From NCBI GenBank assembly GCA_947595585.1, contig CANQET010000008.1, positions 23,433-87,432 on the forward strand: a stretch of DNA of 64,000 nucleotides, given 5' to 3'. The notes beneath the pieces were generated by a model. That model was not told the DNA's origin and did not search any database. It worked only from the letters and a program-made list of their open reading frames with translations. A program made the translations under genes and the position numbers. Source of the DNA: an uncultured Clostridia bacterium. GTDB lineage: Bacteria > Bacillota > Clostridia > Christensenellales > Borkfalkiaceae. Position 1 is the stretch's first letter. Each line of letters begins with the position of its first letter. Positions 26,717-35,560 of the stretch are shown here, one piece after another.

Positions 26717-28957
26717 TTACTTCTTCTCTTCCTCGGACTTGATGAGTTCGGAGATGGAGGCGCCGAAATCGCCGCCCTCTTTCCACTCTCTGTACTCGTC
26801 CTCTTCGGCATAGGACTGCGACGTGCGGCGGGCCTTCTTGTTGCCGCGCTCACGGCGAGGTGCGGGCGCTTCTTCCTGCTCGGGGTTCATTTCATACTCT
26901 TCGCGGGGCTGAAGGGCCTTGATGGAGAGCGTGATCTTCTTCGCGGCGGGATCAAACGCAAGGATCTGCGCATCGACTTCCTGCCCGATCGTGAGCGCCT
27001 TCGTGGGATTCTCGAGCCAAGCGTGCGTGATCTGGGAGACGTGCACGAGGCCGTCGATCCCCTTCTCAAGTTCGACGAATGCGCCGAACGGAACGATACG
27101 GACGACTTTGCCATGGACGACGTCGCCGACCGCATACTTCTCTGCGGCGAGATCCCAAGGCTGAGGCTGAAGCTGTTTGTAGCCGATGGAAACTTTCTTG
27201 GAATCGCGGTCCACCTTGAGGACCTTGAACTGATAGCGCTTCCCGAGCTCGAGCACGTCGGTCACTTCCTTGACGCCCGACCAGCTCAGATCGGAGATAT
27301 GCGCAAGGCAATCGAACCCATTGACGGAGACGAAGGCGCCGAAATTCGTCGCACGCTCGACTTTGCCTTCCACGACGTCGCCGACTTGGATATTCGCAAA
27401 GAAATTGGCCTCTTTCTCGGCCTTGGCCGCCTCTTTGGCCTCTTTCTCGGCCTCGAGGACGACGCGCTGCGATGCAATGATCTCCTTTCTGCGCTCCTTG
27501 CGGATCTCGATGAGCTTGAGGCGAAGCGTCTTGCCGACGTACTTCTCGAGGTCGCTCACGTATCCGATGCGGATCTCGCGGCGGGGAACGAAGACGGGAT
27601 ACGTCCCGAGTTCGGCGGTGAGGCCGCCCTTATTCGTCCCGTTGCAGACGACGGAAAATTCCTTTCCGCTTTCGATATCGGCGAGCAGGGCTTCCTCCTC
27701 GCGGATCTTCTTTACGCGCTTCTCGGAGAGCTGCGTGGGCTTGACGTCGATGACCATGACTTCGATCTCTTCGCCGGCCTTTGCCTTCTCTTCGTATGCT
27801 TCGCGGTTGTACACTTCGCAATCGAGCTCCTGCGCGGGGATCTTGTTCTCGAGTTTCCCGGAGCCGGAGACGAAGATGCCGTCGTCCGTGGCAAGTGCGA
27901 CGCGCACCTTGATGATTTGCCCTTTCCGATACCGCTCTTCTTTGTCGATATCGTCGAGGATCTGCGTCATCGCCGACTTCGGCGCTTCGGGCGCCGCAGC
28001 AGGAGCGGGTGCTTCGGGCGCTACTTCGGGCGCCACTGCCGTCTCGGGAACGATTTCCTCTGCCTTGGCCGTGGTCTCGGGCGCTTCGAGAGCGCCTTCG
28101 GAAACTTCGGTCTCCTGTACTTCCGCGTTGTTTTCCACCATTTTGAAAAGAACCTCCTGAATCAGCCGATCGGGAGTGCTCGCCCCCGCAATGACGCCGA
28201 TTCGATTAAAAAATTTCACGTCTTCATAGTCGAGATCCGAAGAATTTGCGATGCGGATGAGCTTTACGCCCTCCCGTTCTACGATCTCGCCGAGCCGCCG
28301 CGTGTTGCTGCTCTTGAGCCCTCCGATGACAATGACCGCCTCGCACGCGCGGGCAAGTTGCACTGCCTCTTTCTGTCTCCAAACAGTAGTATAGCAAATT
28401 GTCGGGAAAATCTCAAGTGTTTTCGGGCACACTTTTTGAAGATTTTCCGCAATTTCCGAAAAAGTTTTCTCCGGAAGCGTGGTTTGTGCGACCAAAACGA
28501 CCTCTTTCCCGCGCAAAACTTCGAAATCGCAGTCTCCGCGGGGGAAGACGTACGCCTCGCCCGTGCACCAACCGAGGATCCCCTCCACTTCGGGATGGGA
28601 AGCATCTCCCGCGATCGCGACGGTCTTCCCCGCCCTTCCCGCTTCGCGCACGATCTCATGCGTTCGGGCGACAAAGGGGCAGGTGCAATCGACGACTTCG
28701 ATCCCCCGCTCCGCAAAAGAGTTGAAAGCCGCCTTCCCGACCCCGTGGGAACGGATGAGGACGCGTGCGCCGCGGGGCACTTCTTCGGCCGAGGAGACAG
28801 AGCGCACGCCGCGCTCTGCCAGCGCTTCGACGACGGCCTCGTTGTGGATGAGTTCGCCGAGGATGAAGGTATGTTCGGGTGAGACCGAAAAGGCCGTCTC
28901 GACGGCCCTCTTCACACCGGTGCAAAACCCGCTGCTCTTTGCGACGATAACTTTCAC
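26717..28957 (-). CDS. ispH: Fusion: 4-hydroxy-3-methylbut-2-enyl diphosphate reductase (IspH) + four-domain ribosomal protein S1
   Basis: N-terminal SSGFCTGVKRAV..HNE..CPFV..TICYTT IspH motifs, Ala/Pro/Glu linker, then repeated S1 OB-fold segments. Confidence 0.9.
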   Translation of the reverse strand: MKVIVAKSSGFCTGVKRAVETAFSVSPEHTFILGELIHNEAVVEALAERGVRSVSSAEEVPRGARVLIRSHGVGKAAFNSFAERGIEVVDCTCPFVARTHEIVREAGRAGKTVAIAGDASHPEVEGILGWCTGEAYVFPRGDCDFEVLRGKEVVLVAQTTLPEKTFSEIAENLQKVCPKTLEIFPTICYTTVWRQKEAVQLARACEAVIVIGGLKSSNTRRLGEIVEREGVKLIRIANSSDLDYEDVKFFNRIGVIAGASTPDRLIQEVLFKMVENNAEVQETEVSEGALEAPETTAKAEEIVPETAVAPEVAPEAPAPAAAPEAPKSAMTQILDDIDKEERYRKGQIIKVRVALATDDGIFVSGSGKLENKIPAQELDCEVYNREAYEEKAKAGEEIEVMVIDVKPTQLSEKRVKKIREEEALLADIESGKEFSVVCNGTNKGGLTAELGTYPVFVPRREIRIGYVSDLEKYVGKTLRLKLIEIRKERRKEIIASQRVVLEAEKEAKEAAKAEKEANFFANIQVGDVVEGKVERATNFGAFVSVNGFDCLAHISDLSWSGVKEVTDVLELGKRYQFKVLKVDRDSKKVSIGYKQLQPQPWDLAAEKYAVGDVVHGKVVRIVPFGAFVELEKGIDGLVHVSQITHAWLENPTKALTIGQEVDAQILAFDPAAKKITLSIKALQPREEYEMNPEQEEAPAPRRERGNKKARRTSQSYAEEDEYREWKEGGDFGASISELIKSEEEKK

Positions 28958-29730
28958 GCTTTCTTCTTCTTTTTCTTTTTCTTTTCCCGCGAAGCACGGA
29001 ATTCCGCCCGAAGCTCATAGAGGCGGTTTTTGAGCTTTTCATCCGCCTCGGCGTAGTCTTCGGAGGTGAGTTTCCGATCGTAATATTCGCTGAGTTCCAT
29101 CGGCTCCCCGAACACGACGTGCGTGATATGCCACACGCGCGGACGGTTACAGATGACGAAGGGAATGATGGGCGTCTTCGTCTTGATGGCGAGCAGCGCC
29201 ACGCCGCCGTGGAAGGGCAGAAAATCGTCCCCCTCCGTCTTGTTGCGCGTTCCCTCGGGGAACATCGAGAGCTTTTCGCCGTTGCGGAGCACTTTGATGG
29301 ATTCCATCACCGTACGCACATCCGAGCCGTCGCGCATGGCGCCGATGGCCCCGATCTCCACCGCCCACCAATTGAGCACGGGCGCTTCGAGCACCGATTG
29401 CTTGGCCAAGTAATGCACGCCCTCCCACGTCGTATGCGCGGGATAAAAGATGTCCCAGATGCAGTAGTGGTTGCCCATATAGATATAGGCGCCCTTGCCC
29501 ACCTTCTTATGGCCGTGGAGCTTGAAGGGATAGACGAGAAAATGCACGGGATAGAAGAGGATCCGCAAGAAGTTCATGAAGTGCATCACGTGATAGCCCT
29601 TCTTGTTTGCGGGAAACAAGCGGACCTTCTTCACCTTTTCGGCACGTTTTTGGCGTATTTTCTCCTTGCGAAGGGCTTTTTTCTCCTTCCGCGTCAGTTT
29701 TTTGGGCGCTTCGGCCTCGGTTTCCGCCAT
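28954..29730 (-). CDS. plsC: 1-acyl-sn-glycerol-3-phosphate acyltransferase
   Basis: NHYCIWD (HX4D) and FPEGTR motifs; Lys-run C-terminus. Confidence 0.8.
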   Translation of the reverse strand: MAETEAEAPKKLTRKEKKALRKEKIRQKRAEKVKKVRLFPANKKGYHVMHFMNFLRILFYPVHFLVYPFKLHGHKKVGKGAYIYMGNHYCIWDIFYPAHTTWEGVHYLAKQSVLEAPVLNWWAVEIGAIGAMRDGSDVRTVMESIKVLRNGEKLSMFPEGTRNKTEGDDFLPFHGGVALLAIKTKTPIIPFVICNRPRVWHITHVVFGEPMELSEYYDRKLTSEDYAEADEKLKNRLYELRAEFRASREKKKKKKKKA

Positions 29731-30737
29731 CAGATCCTCTCCTGCATTTTGCTCTTGACGAAGGCGACGACCTCATCGATCGTCATGCCCGTGGTATCGA
29801 CTTCGATCGCATCATCCGCCTTCTTCAAGGGGGCGAAGGCACGCGTGGAGTCCCTGTCGTCGCGGCGGACGATCTCCCGCTTGAGCTCTTCGAAATCGAC
29901 GCTGTGCCCCTTTGCGACGAGTTCATCGTATCTCCGCTTTGCTCGCACTTCGGGGGTCGCCGTAAGGAAGAATTTGAAATCCGCATCGGGCAGCACGACG
30001 GTGCCGATATCCCGCCCGTCGAGCACGCAGGAATTCTTCCCCGCGATCTCCCGCTGCTTTTCCACCATATGCATGCGCACGCTCGGGTGCTTGGAGACGA
30101 CGGAGGCCGCCGTAGAGATCTCGGGACGGCGGATCTCTTCGGAGACGTCCCGCCCGTCGAGCATGGTCTTCTGCACGCCGTCTTCATAGACGACGCCGAG
30201 CTGCATATCGCGGAAAATATCCATGAGCGCCGTCTCATTCTCGAGATCGGCTCTCGCCTCGAGCGCTTTTAAGGCGCAAGCGCGGTACATGGCGCCCGTA
30301 TCGAGATACAAAATATGATAATCGCGAGCGACGCGCTTTGCGACCGTGGATTTTCCCGAACCCGCAGGGCCGTCGATCGCGACGTTGATGATGTCGGAAA
30401 GGTCCTTTCTGAGCACTTTTGCCCCCCGCAGATAGACGTGATGCGGCTTCATATCCTTTTCGACGAAGAGCATCACGCGGATACAGAGCACAAGCCCGCC
30501 CTCGATATCCGGCTCCTGCGCCGAAAAGAGCGAACAGCCGTCGAAACCGGCCTCGCGTGCCGCCTTGGCGGGATAGTAGGAATGGATATCAGACGTCGAG
30601 GAAAAGACGATGCTCACGATCTCATCCTTCTTGAGCGAATTGCGGTTGGCGATCTGCTCCAAGAGCTCTGCGACCGCACGGCGGATCTCCTCTTTTTCAT
30701 CTTGTTCGAGCGTCGTGGCGCCGCGAATAACTACCAT
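29730..30737 (-). CDS. cmk: Fusion: AroH-type chorismate mutase + cytidylate kinase
   Basis: N-terminal VIRGATT...CIRVM AroH pattern (about 120 aa), then IDGPAGSGKST P-loop and Cmk body; start ATG 30737 after GGGAGA. Confidence 0.8.
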   Translation of the reverse strand: MVVIRGATTLEQDEKEEIRRAVAELLEQIANRNSLKKDEIVSIVFSSTSDIHSYYPAKAAREAGFDGCSLFSAQEPDIEGGLVLCIRVMLFVEKDMKPHHVYLRGAKVLRKDLSDIINVAIDGPAGSGKSTVAKRVARDYHILYLDTGAMYRACALKALEARADLENETALMDIFRDMQLGVVYEDGVQKTMLDGRDVSEEIRRPEISTAASVVSKHPSVRMHMVEKQREIAGKNSCVLDGRDIGTVVLPDADFKFFLTATPEVRAKRRYDELVAKGHSVDFEELKREIVRRDDRDSTRAFAPLKKADDAIEVDTTGMTIDEVVAFVKSKMQERI

Positions 30738-30775
30738 ATAAATCTCCCGATATATCACGAATTCAGCTTTCAACC

Positions 30776-30804
30776 ATTATACATGATTGTGCCGATGATG
30801 TCAA
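30776..30804 (-). promoter_or_regulatory. Promoter of aroH-cmk/plsC/ispH-S1 unit
   Basis: minus strand TTGACA-N17-TATAAT. Confidence 0.6.
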
Positions 30805-30840
30805 GAAAAAACAAAAAACACGAATTTTTCGGCGAAATCA

Positions 30841-30874
30841 TGGCATTTGAACAGTATTATGTGTGGCATAGTAC
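30841..30874. repeat. Copy B of the TGGCATT-N5-AGTATTATGTGTGGCATA element
   Basis: 18/18 identity to 40921-40938; abuts TAG of the oxidoreductase gene. Confidence 0.7.
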
Positions 30875-32103
30875 TATTCAAATTGTCCTTTTATCGCTCC
30901 TCTTCCCGCGGCAAAGCCCGTCGCGAAGGCGATCTGAAGATTGTATCCCCCCGTGAAGGCATCTACATCAAGCACTTCGCCGCAGAAATAGAGCCCCTTT
31001 ACCTTTTTGGACTGCATCGTCTTGGGGTCAACCTCCGAAAGCTCCACCCCGCCCGACGTAATCACGGCCTCGTTGTAGCCGCGGAGCTTTTTGAGTGAGA
31101 GCGGAAAGGCTTTCAGGGCGCGAATGAGGCGCATCCGCTCCTCGCGCGTCACGGCGTTCGCCTGTTTTTCGGCACGGATCTGCGCCGCACGGAGGACGAG
31201 AAGGCCGAGCTCCGCAGGGAGCAATCCGCGCATGACGTTCTTCATCTGCTCGTTGGCGCGCTCCGAAAAATCACGCAGGAGCCGATCGTCGAGCTTCTTC
31301 TCGTCGAGGGCGGGCTTGAAGTCGAGCGTACAGCCGATCTGCGGGAGCGCATCCCGCGTGACGAGCGCCGAGAGCGTAAGAATGAGCGGCCCCGAGACGC
31401 CGTAATGGGTGAAGAGCAGTTCGCCCTGTTCGCAATAGATCGTCTTCCCCATCCGCTTGGCCGTAAGCGTGCAATTTTTTACGGTGATCCCCTGCGCCGA
31501 TGTGACCCCCTCCGCCTCGATGCCGACGAGCGACGGCGTGCGCGGCGTGAGCGTATGCCCCGCCGTCTGTGCAAATCTGTAGCCGTCCCCCGTCGAACCC
31601 GTCGAGGGATAGGAGAGGCCGCCCGTAGCGACGATCACGGCGTCCGCGGGAAGCGTTCCCTCCTTCGTGACGACGCCGCAGACCGTATCCCCCCGCCGTG
31701 CGATCTCGATCGCTTCCGTGTTGAGGCAAATTTGTACGCCCGCCTGCCTGCAGGCATGCTCCAAGGCCTTGGTGACGTCGCTCGCCTTGTCCGAGACGGG
31801 AAACACGCGTCTGCCGCGCTCCACTTTGAGCGGAAGGGACTGCGCTTCGAAGAACTCCATCGCCCGCTGCGGCGGAAAGGCGTAGACCGCGCCGCGCAGG
31901 AACTTCTCCCCGTGCACGACGTTTTGCAGAAATTCATCGGGCGGGCAGTCGTTCGTGAGGTTGCACCGCCCCTTGCCCGTGATGTAAATCTTCTTGCCGA
32001 GCTTTTCGTTCTTCTCGATGAGGAGGACTTCCCCGCCCCCCGCAGCTGCGGCATAGGCCGCCATGAGTCCGCTCGCGCCTCCGCCGATGACGATGACTTT
32101 CAT
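30874..32103 (-). CDS. FAD-dependent oxidoreductase, HI0933/YhiN (BaiN-like) family
   Basis: VIVIGGGASGLMAA dinucleotide motif and family-typical C-terminus; start ATG 32103. Confidence 0.8.
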   Translation of the reverse strand: MKVIVIGGGASGLMAAYAAAAGGGEVLLIEKNEKLGKKIYITGKGRCNLTNDCPPDEFLQNVVHGEKFLRGAVYAFPPQRAMEFFEAQSLPLKVERGRRVFPVSDKASDVTKALEHACRQAGVQICLNTEAIEIARRGDTVCGVVTKEGTLPADAVIVATGGLSYPSTGSTGDGYRFAQTAGHTLTPRTPSLVGIEAEGVTSAQGITVKNCTLTAKRMGKTIYCEQGELLFTHYGVSGPLILTLSALVTRDALPQIGCTLDFKPALDEKKLDDRLLRDFSERANEQMKNVMRGLLPAELGLLVLRAAQIRAEKQANAVTREERMRLIRALKAFPLSLKKLRGYNEAVITSGGVELSEVDPKTMQSKKVKGLYFCGEVLDVDAFTGGYNLQIAFATGFAAGRGAIKGQFE

Positions 32104-32201
32104 GCGCCTCGCCTCCCTTGTGCTTTTTGCAATGCGGAAGCGAGGAACAGACGTCCCTCGCTTGCAAAGACAGCTTGATTTTGCGGAAAGGCGCCCATCA
32201 T

Positions 32202-33635
32202 TTACACGGGATAGACGCCGCTCTTGGCGAGATCGGCATCCACGCCTTGGTCCTTCGCCTTTCTCCATTTGAAGAAGTTTTCGGCGACTTCGGGGAAGGA
32301 AGCATAGGAGAGCACGTCTTCCTCCTGCGTATAATACCCCTTTGCGACGAGCTCGGCCTTGAGCTTTTCGTATTCGGGCTCGAGGTCGTCTGCGGGGCGG
32401 TAGGTGATGCGCTTCTCCCCTTTCAAGATCTTTTCGGCGATCTCCTCGTTTACGGGCATGGGCACTTTGCCGTATTTCCCGGCGAAGAGGTCGCGGGTCT
32501 CCTTGGTGACCATCTTATACCGTTCGCCCATGACGACGTTCATCACCGCCTGCGTGCCGACGATCTGCGAACTCGGGGTGACAAGGGGCGGATAGCCGCA
32601 ATCCCTGCGTACATTGGGCACTTCTGCGAGCACTTCGGGAAGTTTATCCTCCTTGCCCGCCTTCTTGAGCTGATTCATGAGGTTGGAGAGCATGCCGCCC
32701 GGCACCTGGTAGATGAGCGTGTTGACGTCGACGAGGCGGACTTTCGGGTTGAGCGACCCCTCTTTTTCGAGCTCCGCGGCGACTTTTTTGAAGTGAGCGG
32801 CGATGGGAATGAGCTTCTCGAGCTCGATGCCCGTATCGTATTCCGTCCCGCGAAGAGTGGCGACGAGCGCCTCCGTCGCAGGCTGCGAAGTCCCGTTGGC
32901 GAGCGGCGAGAGCGCCGTATCGACGATATCCACGCCCGCCTGTATCGCCATGAGATTGACCATATCGCCCGTGCCCGTCGTGTTGTGGGTATGCAGGTGC
33001 AGTTTCGTCTCGGGGCGAAGCGCGGCTTTGAGGGCCGTCACGAGCTTGTAGGCATCGAAGGGCAGGAGAAGATTCGCCATATCCTTGATGCAGATGTTAT
33101 CCGCCCCCATGCTCTCATAGGTCTTGGCGAGGCCGACGAAATAATCGAGATCGTAGGCAGGGCCCGTCGTATACGAGATCGCCGCCTCGCAGATGCCGCG
33201 GGTGGGATCGGTCGCATGCAGCTGTCCGCCGTACTTTTTGATCGCCTTCATCGAAGCCTCGATGTTGCGCGGATCGTTCAATGCGTCGAACACGCGGATG
33301 ACGCCGATGCCGTTTTCAAAGCACTTCTCGACGAGCTTATCGACGAGGTCGTCCGCATAGTTGCGGTAGCCGAGGAGGTTCTGCCCGCGCAGAAGCATCT
33401 GGATGGGCGTCTTTTTGAGGTATTTGCGCAGGGTACGAAGCCGTTCCCACGGATCCTCGTTCAAAAAGCGCATGCAGGTATCGAAGGTCGCACCGCCCCA
33501 TCCCTCGAGGGAATAGTAGCCGATGTCGTCGAGCGCGGAGAGCGCGGGGATCATCTGCTCGGTGCGCATTCTCGTTGCCGCCTGCGACTGGTGCGCATCG
33601 CGGAGGATCGTATCCATGATCATTACTTTTTTCAT
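32202..33635 (-). CDS. Oxaloacetate decarboxylase alpha / transcarboxylase 5S-type carboxyltransferase (no biotin domain)
   Basis: DTILRDAHQS...HLHTHNTTG TIM-barrel carboxyltransferase motifs; no AMKM at the C-terminus. Confidence 0.85.
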   Translation of the reverse strand: MKKVMIMDTILRDAHQSQAATRMRTEQMIPALSALDDIGYYSLEGWGGATFDTCMRFLNEDPWERLRTLRKYLKKTPIQMLLRGQNLLGYRNYADDLVDKLVEKCFENGIGVIRVFDALNDPRNIEASMKAIKKYGGQLHATDPTRGICEAAISYTTGPAYDLDYFVGLAKTYESMGADNICIKDMANLLLPFDAYKLVTALKAALRPETKLHLHTHNTTGTGDMVNLMAIQAGVDIVDTALSPLANGTSQPATEALVATLRGTEYDTGIELEKLIPIAAHFKKVAAELEKEGSLNPKVRLVDVNTLIYQVPGGMLSNLMNQLKKAGKEDKLPEVLAEVPNVRRDCGYPPLVTPSSQIVGTQAVMNVVMGERYKMVTKETRDLFAGKYGKVPMPVNEEIAEKILKGEKRITYRPADDLEPEYEKLKAELVAKGYYTQEEDVLSYASFPEVAENFFKWRKAKDQGVDADLAKSGVYPV

Positions 33636-33653
33636 ATCAAATCTCCGTATGGC

Positions 33654-34841
33654 CTAAAAGATGGCGAGCAGAATGCCCGCGGCGAGCGCTGAGCCGATGA
33701 CGCCCGCAACGTTGGGTCCCATCGCGTGCATGAGCAGGTGGTTGGAAGGATCGGTCTCCCGCCCGACGTCCTCGGAGATCCGTGCCGCCATGGGCACGGC
33801 CGAGACGCCCGCCGAGCCGATGAGCGGGTTGATCTTCCCCTTCGTGATCTTGCACATGAGCTTCGCGGTGAGGATCCCGCCGATCGTGCCGCAGTAGAAG
33901 GCGAGGATGCCGATCGCCATGATGCCGAGCGTCTGGACGGAGAGGAAGATATCCCCCTTCGCCTTGCACCCGACGGCGACGCCGAGCAAGATCGTGACCG
34001 TGTTGATAAGCCCGTTTTGCGCCTGTGAGGAGAGCCGTTCGACGACCCCCGATTCGCGGAACAGATTGCCGAGCATGAGCATGCCGAGCAGCGGAATTGC
34101 GTCGGGCAGAAGCAGGCCTACGACGAGCGTGACGATGATCGGGAACATAATCTTCTCGACCTTCGAGACTCTGCGCAGGGGCTTCATGCGGATGGAACGC
34201 TCCTTCTTCGTCGTCAAGAGCCGCATGACGGGCTTCTGGATAAACGGGATGAGCGCCATGTAGGAATACGCCGCGATGGCGATCGTAGGAACGAGGTTTT
34301 CCGAGAGCATCTTGGCGACGTAGATCGCCGTGGGACCGTCTGCACCGCCGATGATGGCGATGGCCGCTGCCTCTGCGCCCGTGAAGCCGATCGCGATGGC
34401 GCCGAAGAGCGCGATGAAGATGCCGAGCTGGGCGCCCGCACCGATGAGCATGCTTTTGGGGTTGGCGATGAGCGGACCGAAGTCCGTCATGGCGCCGATT
34501 CCGAGGAAGATGAGCGGCGGGTAGATGACCTTATCCACGCCGTAGTAGAGATACCAAAGTAGCCCCCTGTTTGTGACGAGGTCGTATGTATGCGCCTCGT
34601 CGGTATATGTTCCCCAAAGGATCTTTTCCGCCCCGGGGATATTGATGAGAAACATTCCGAAGGCAATGGGAAGAAGGAGCATCGGCTCTGCCTTCTTGAA
34701 GATCGCAAGAAAGAAGAGGACGCAGGCGATGACGAGCATGATGTAGTTCTTCCACACGTCGCCGCCCTGCGAGATGCCCATCGAGCTCCAGAGCTTGGAA
34801 AAGATTTCGCCGATATTGAGCGCGATCAAACTGCTTTGCAT
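33654..34841 (-). CDS. Na+-translocating decarboxylase beta subunit
   Basis: polytopic membrane protein with OadB/GcdB/MmdB-like sequence. Confidence 0.85.
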   Translation of the reverse strand: MQSSLIALNIGEIFSKLWSSMGISQGGDVWKNYIMLVIACVLFFLAIFKKAEPMLLLPIAFGMFLINIPGAEKILWGTYTDEAHTYDLVTNRGLLWYLYYGVDKVIYPPLIFLGIGAMTDFGPLIANPKSMLIGAGAQLGIFIALFGAIAIGFTGAEAAAIAIIGGADGPTAIYVAKMLSENLVPTIAIAAYSYMALIPFIQKPVMRLLTTKKERSIRMKPLRRVSKVEKIMFPIIVTLVVGLLLPDAIPLLGMLMLGNLFRESGVVERLSSQAQNGLINTVTILLGVAVGCKAKGDIFLSVQTLGIMAIGILAFYCGTIGGILTAKLMCKITKGKINPLIGSAGVSAVPMAARISEDVGRETDPSNHLLMHAMGPNVAGVIGSALAAGILLAIF

Positions 34842-34854
34842 GAGTTACTCCGAA

Positions 34855-35205
34855 TTATCCGACGACGGCAAGCACGGCGTCCGATTCCACATTGGCGCCC
34901 TTTTGTACAAGGAGGGTGACGACGCCGTCGCAAGGCGCCGTGATGTCGTTGTCCATCTTCATGGCTTCGAGCACGAGGATGGGCTGATCCTTCTTGACGG
35001 AGGTGCCGCTCTGCACGAGCAAATTCTTGATGAGCCCGGGGAAGGGCGAGAGCACCTTCGTGCCGCCCGCGGGAGCGGCTACGGCTGCGGGCGCCGCGGG
35101 AGCGGCTGCAGGCGCCGCTGCGGGAGCGGGGGAAGCCGTCGCACCGACCTCTTCGACCCCCACTTCATACCGTTTTCCGTCGACTGTAATGATAAAGTTG
35201 CGCAT
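34855..35205 (-). CDS. Biotin carboxyl carrier protein
   Basis: Ala/Pro linker and EAMKM biotinylation motif. Confidence 0.85.
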   Translation of the reverse strand: MRNFIITVDGKRYEVGVEEVGATASPAPAAAPAAAPAAPAAVAAPAGGTKVLSPFPGLIKNLLVQSGTSVKKDQPILVLEAMKMDNDITAPCDGVVTLLVQKGANVESDAVLAVVG

Positions 35206-35217
35206 AGTTCTGTCTCC

Positions 35218-35553
35218 TTAGATTTTTTTGATCCTGCGCACGACAAAGTCGCACGCGCTGTGTTCTTCTTCGAGCACGACGGCGAGGGCGGCGGTGATCG
35301 CCGCGACCGTCTCGGGGGAGATCCCCTCCTCGATCTCGGGAAGCGGTTCCGCGATCGGGGCAGGCGCCGCGCTCTCCTCCCGCTCTCCGCGGGCGTTGAT
35401 CTTCTCCATGATCTTGCCGACCACGGTAAGGATCAGGATGAGCAGCGTGATCCCGAGAAAGACGAAGACAAATCCCAAGACGGCGTAGAGCGCCGCCATG
35501 CCGATTCCGCCTTCGAGATGAATGCCGTCGAACAGCAACAACAAACCTTCCAT
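35218..35553 (-). CDS. OadG-like small membrane anchor subunit
   Basis: single TM helix, size and position as gamma/delta subunit. Confidence 0.6.
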   Translation of the reverse strand: MEGLLLLFDGIHLEGGIGMAALYAVLGFVFVFLGITLLILILTVVGKIMEKINARGEREESAAPAPIAEPLPEIEEGISPETVAAITAALAVVLEEEHSACDFVVRRIKKI

Positions 35554-35560
35554 CTTCCCC

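Noticed and set aside
28958-28990. Purine/pyrimidine simple tract (ctt/ttt repeats) at the plsC 3' end encoding a K8 tail
   Set aside because: This is low-complexity coding sequence overlapping the ispH-S1 start region. It has no repeat-unit structure suggestive of phase variation or CRISPR.
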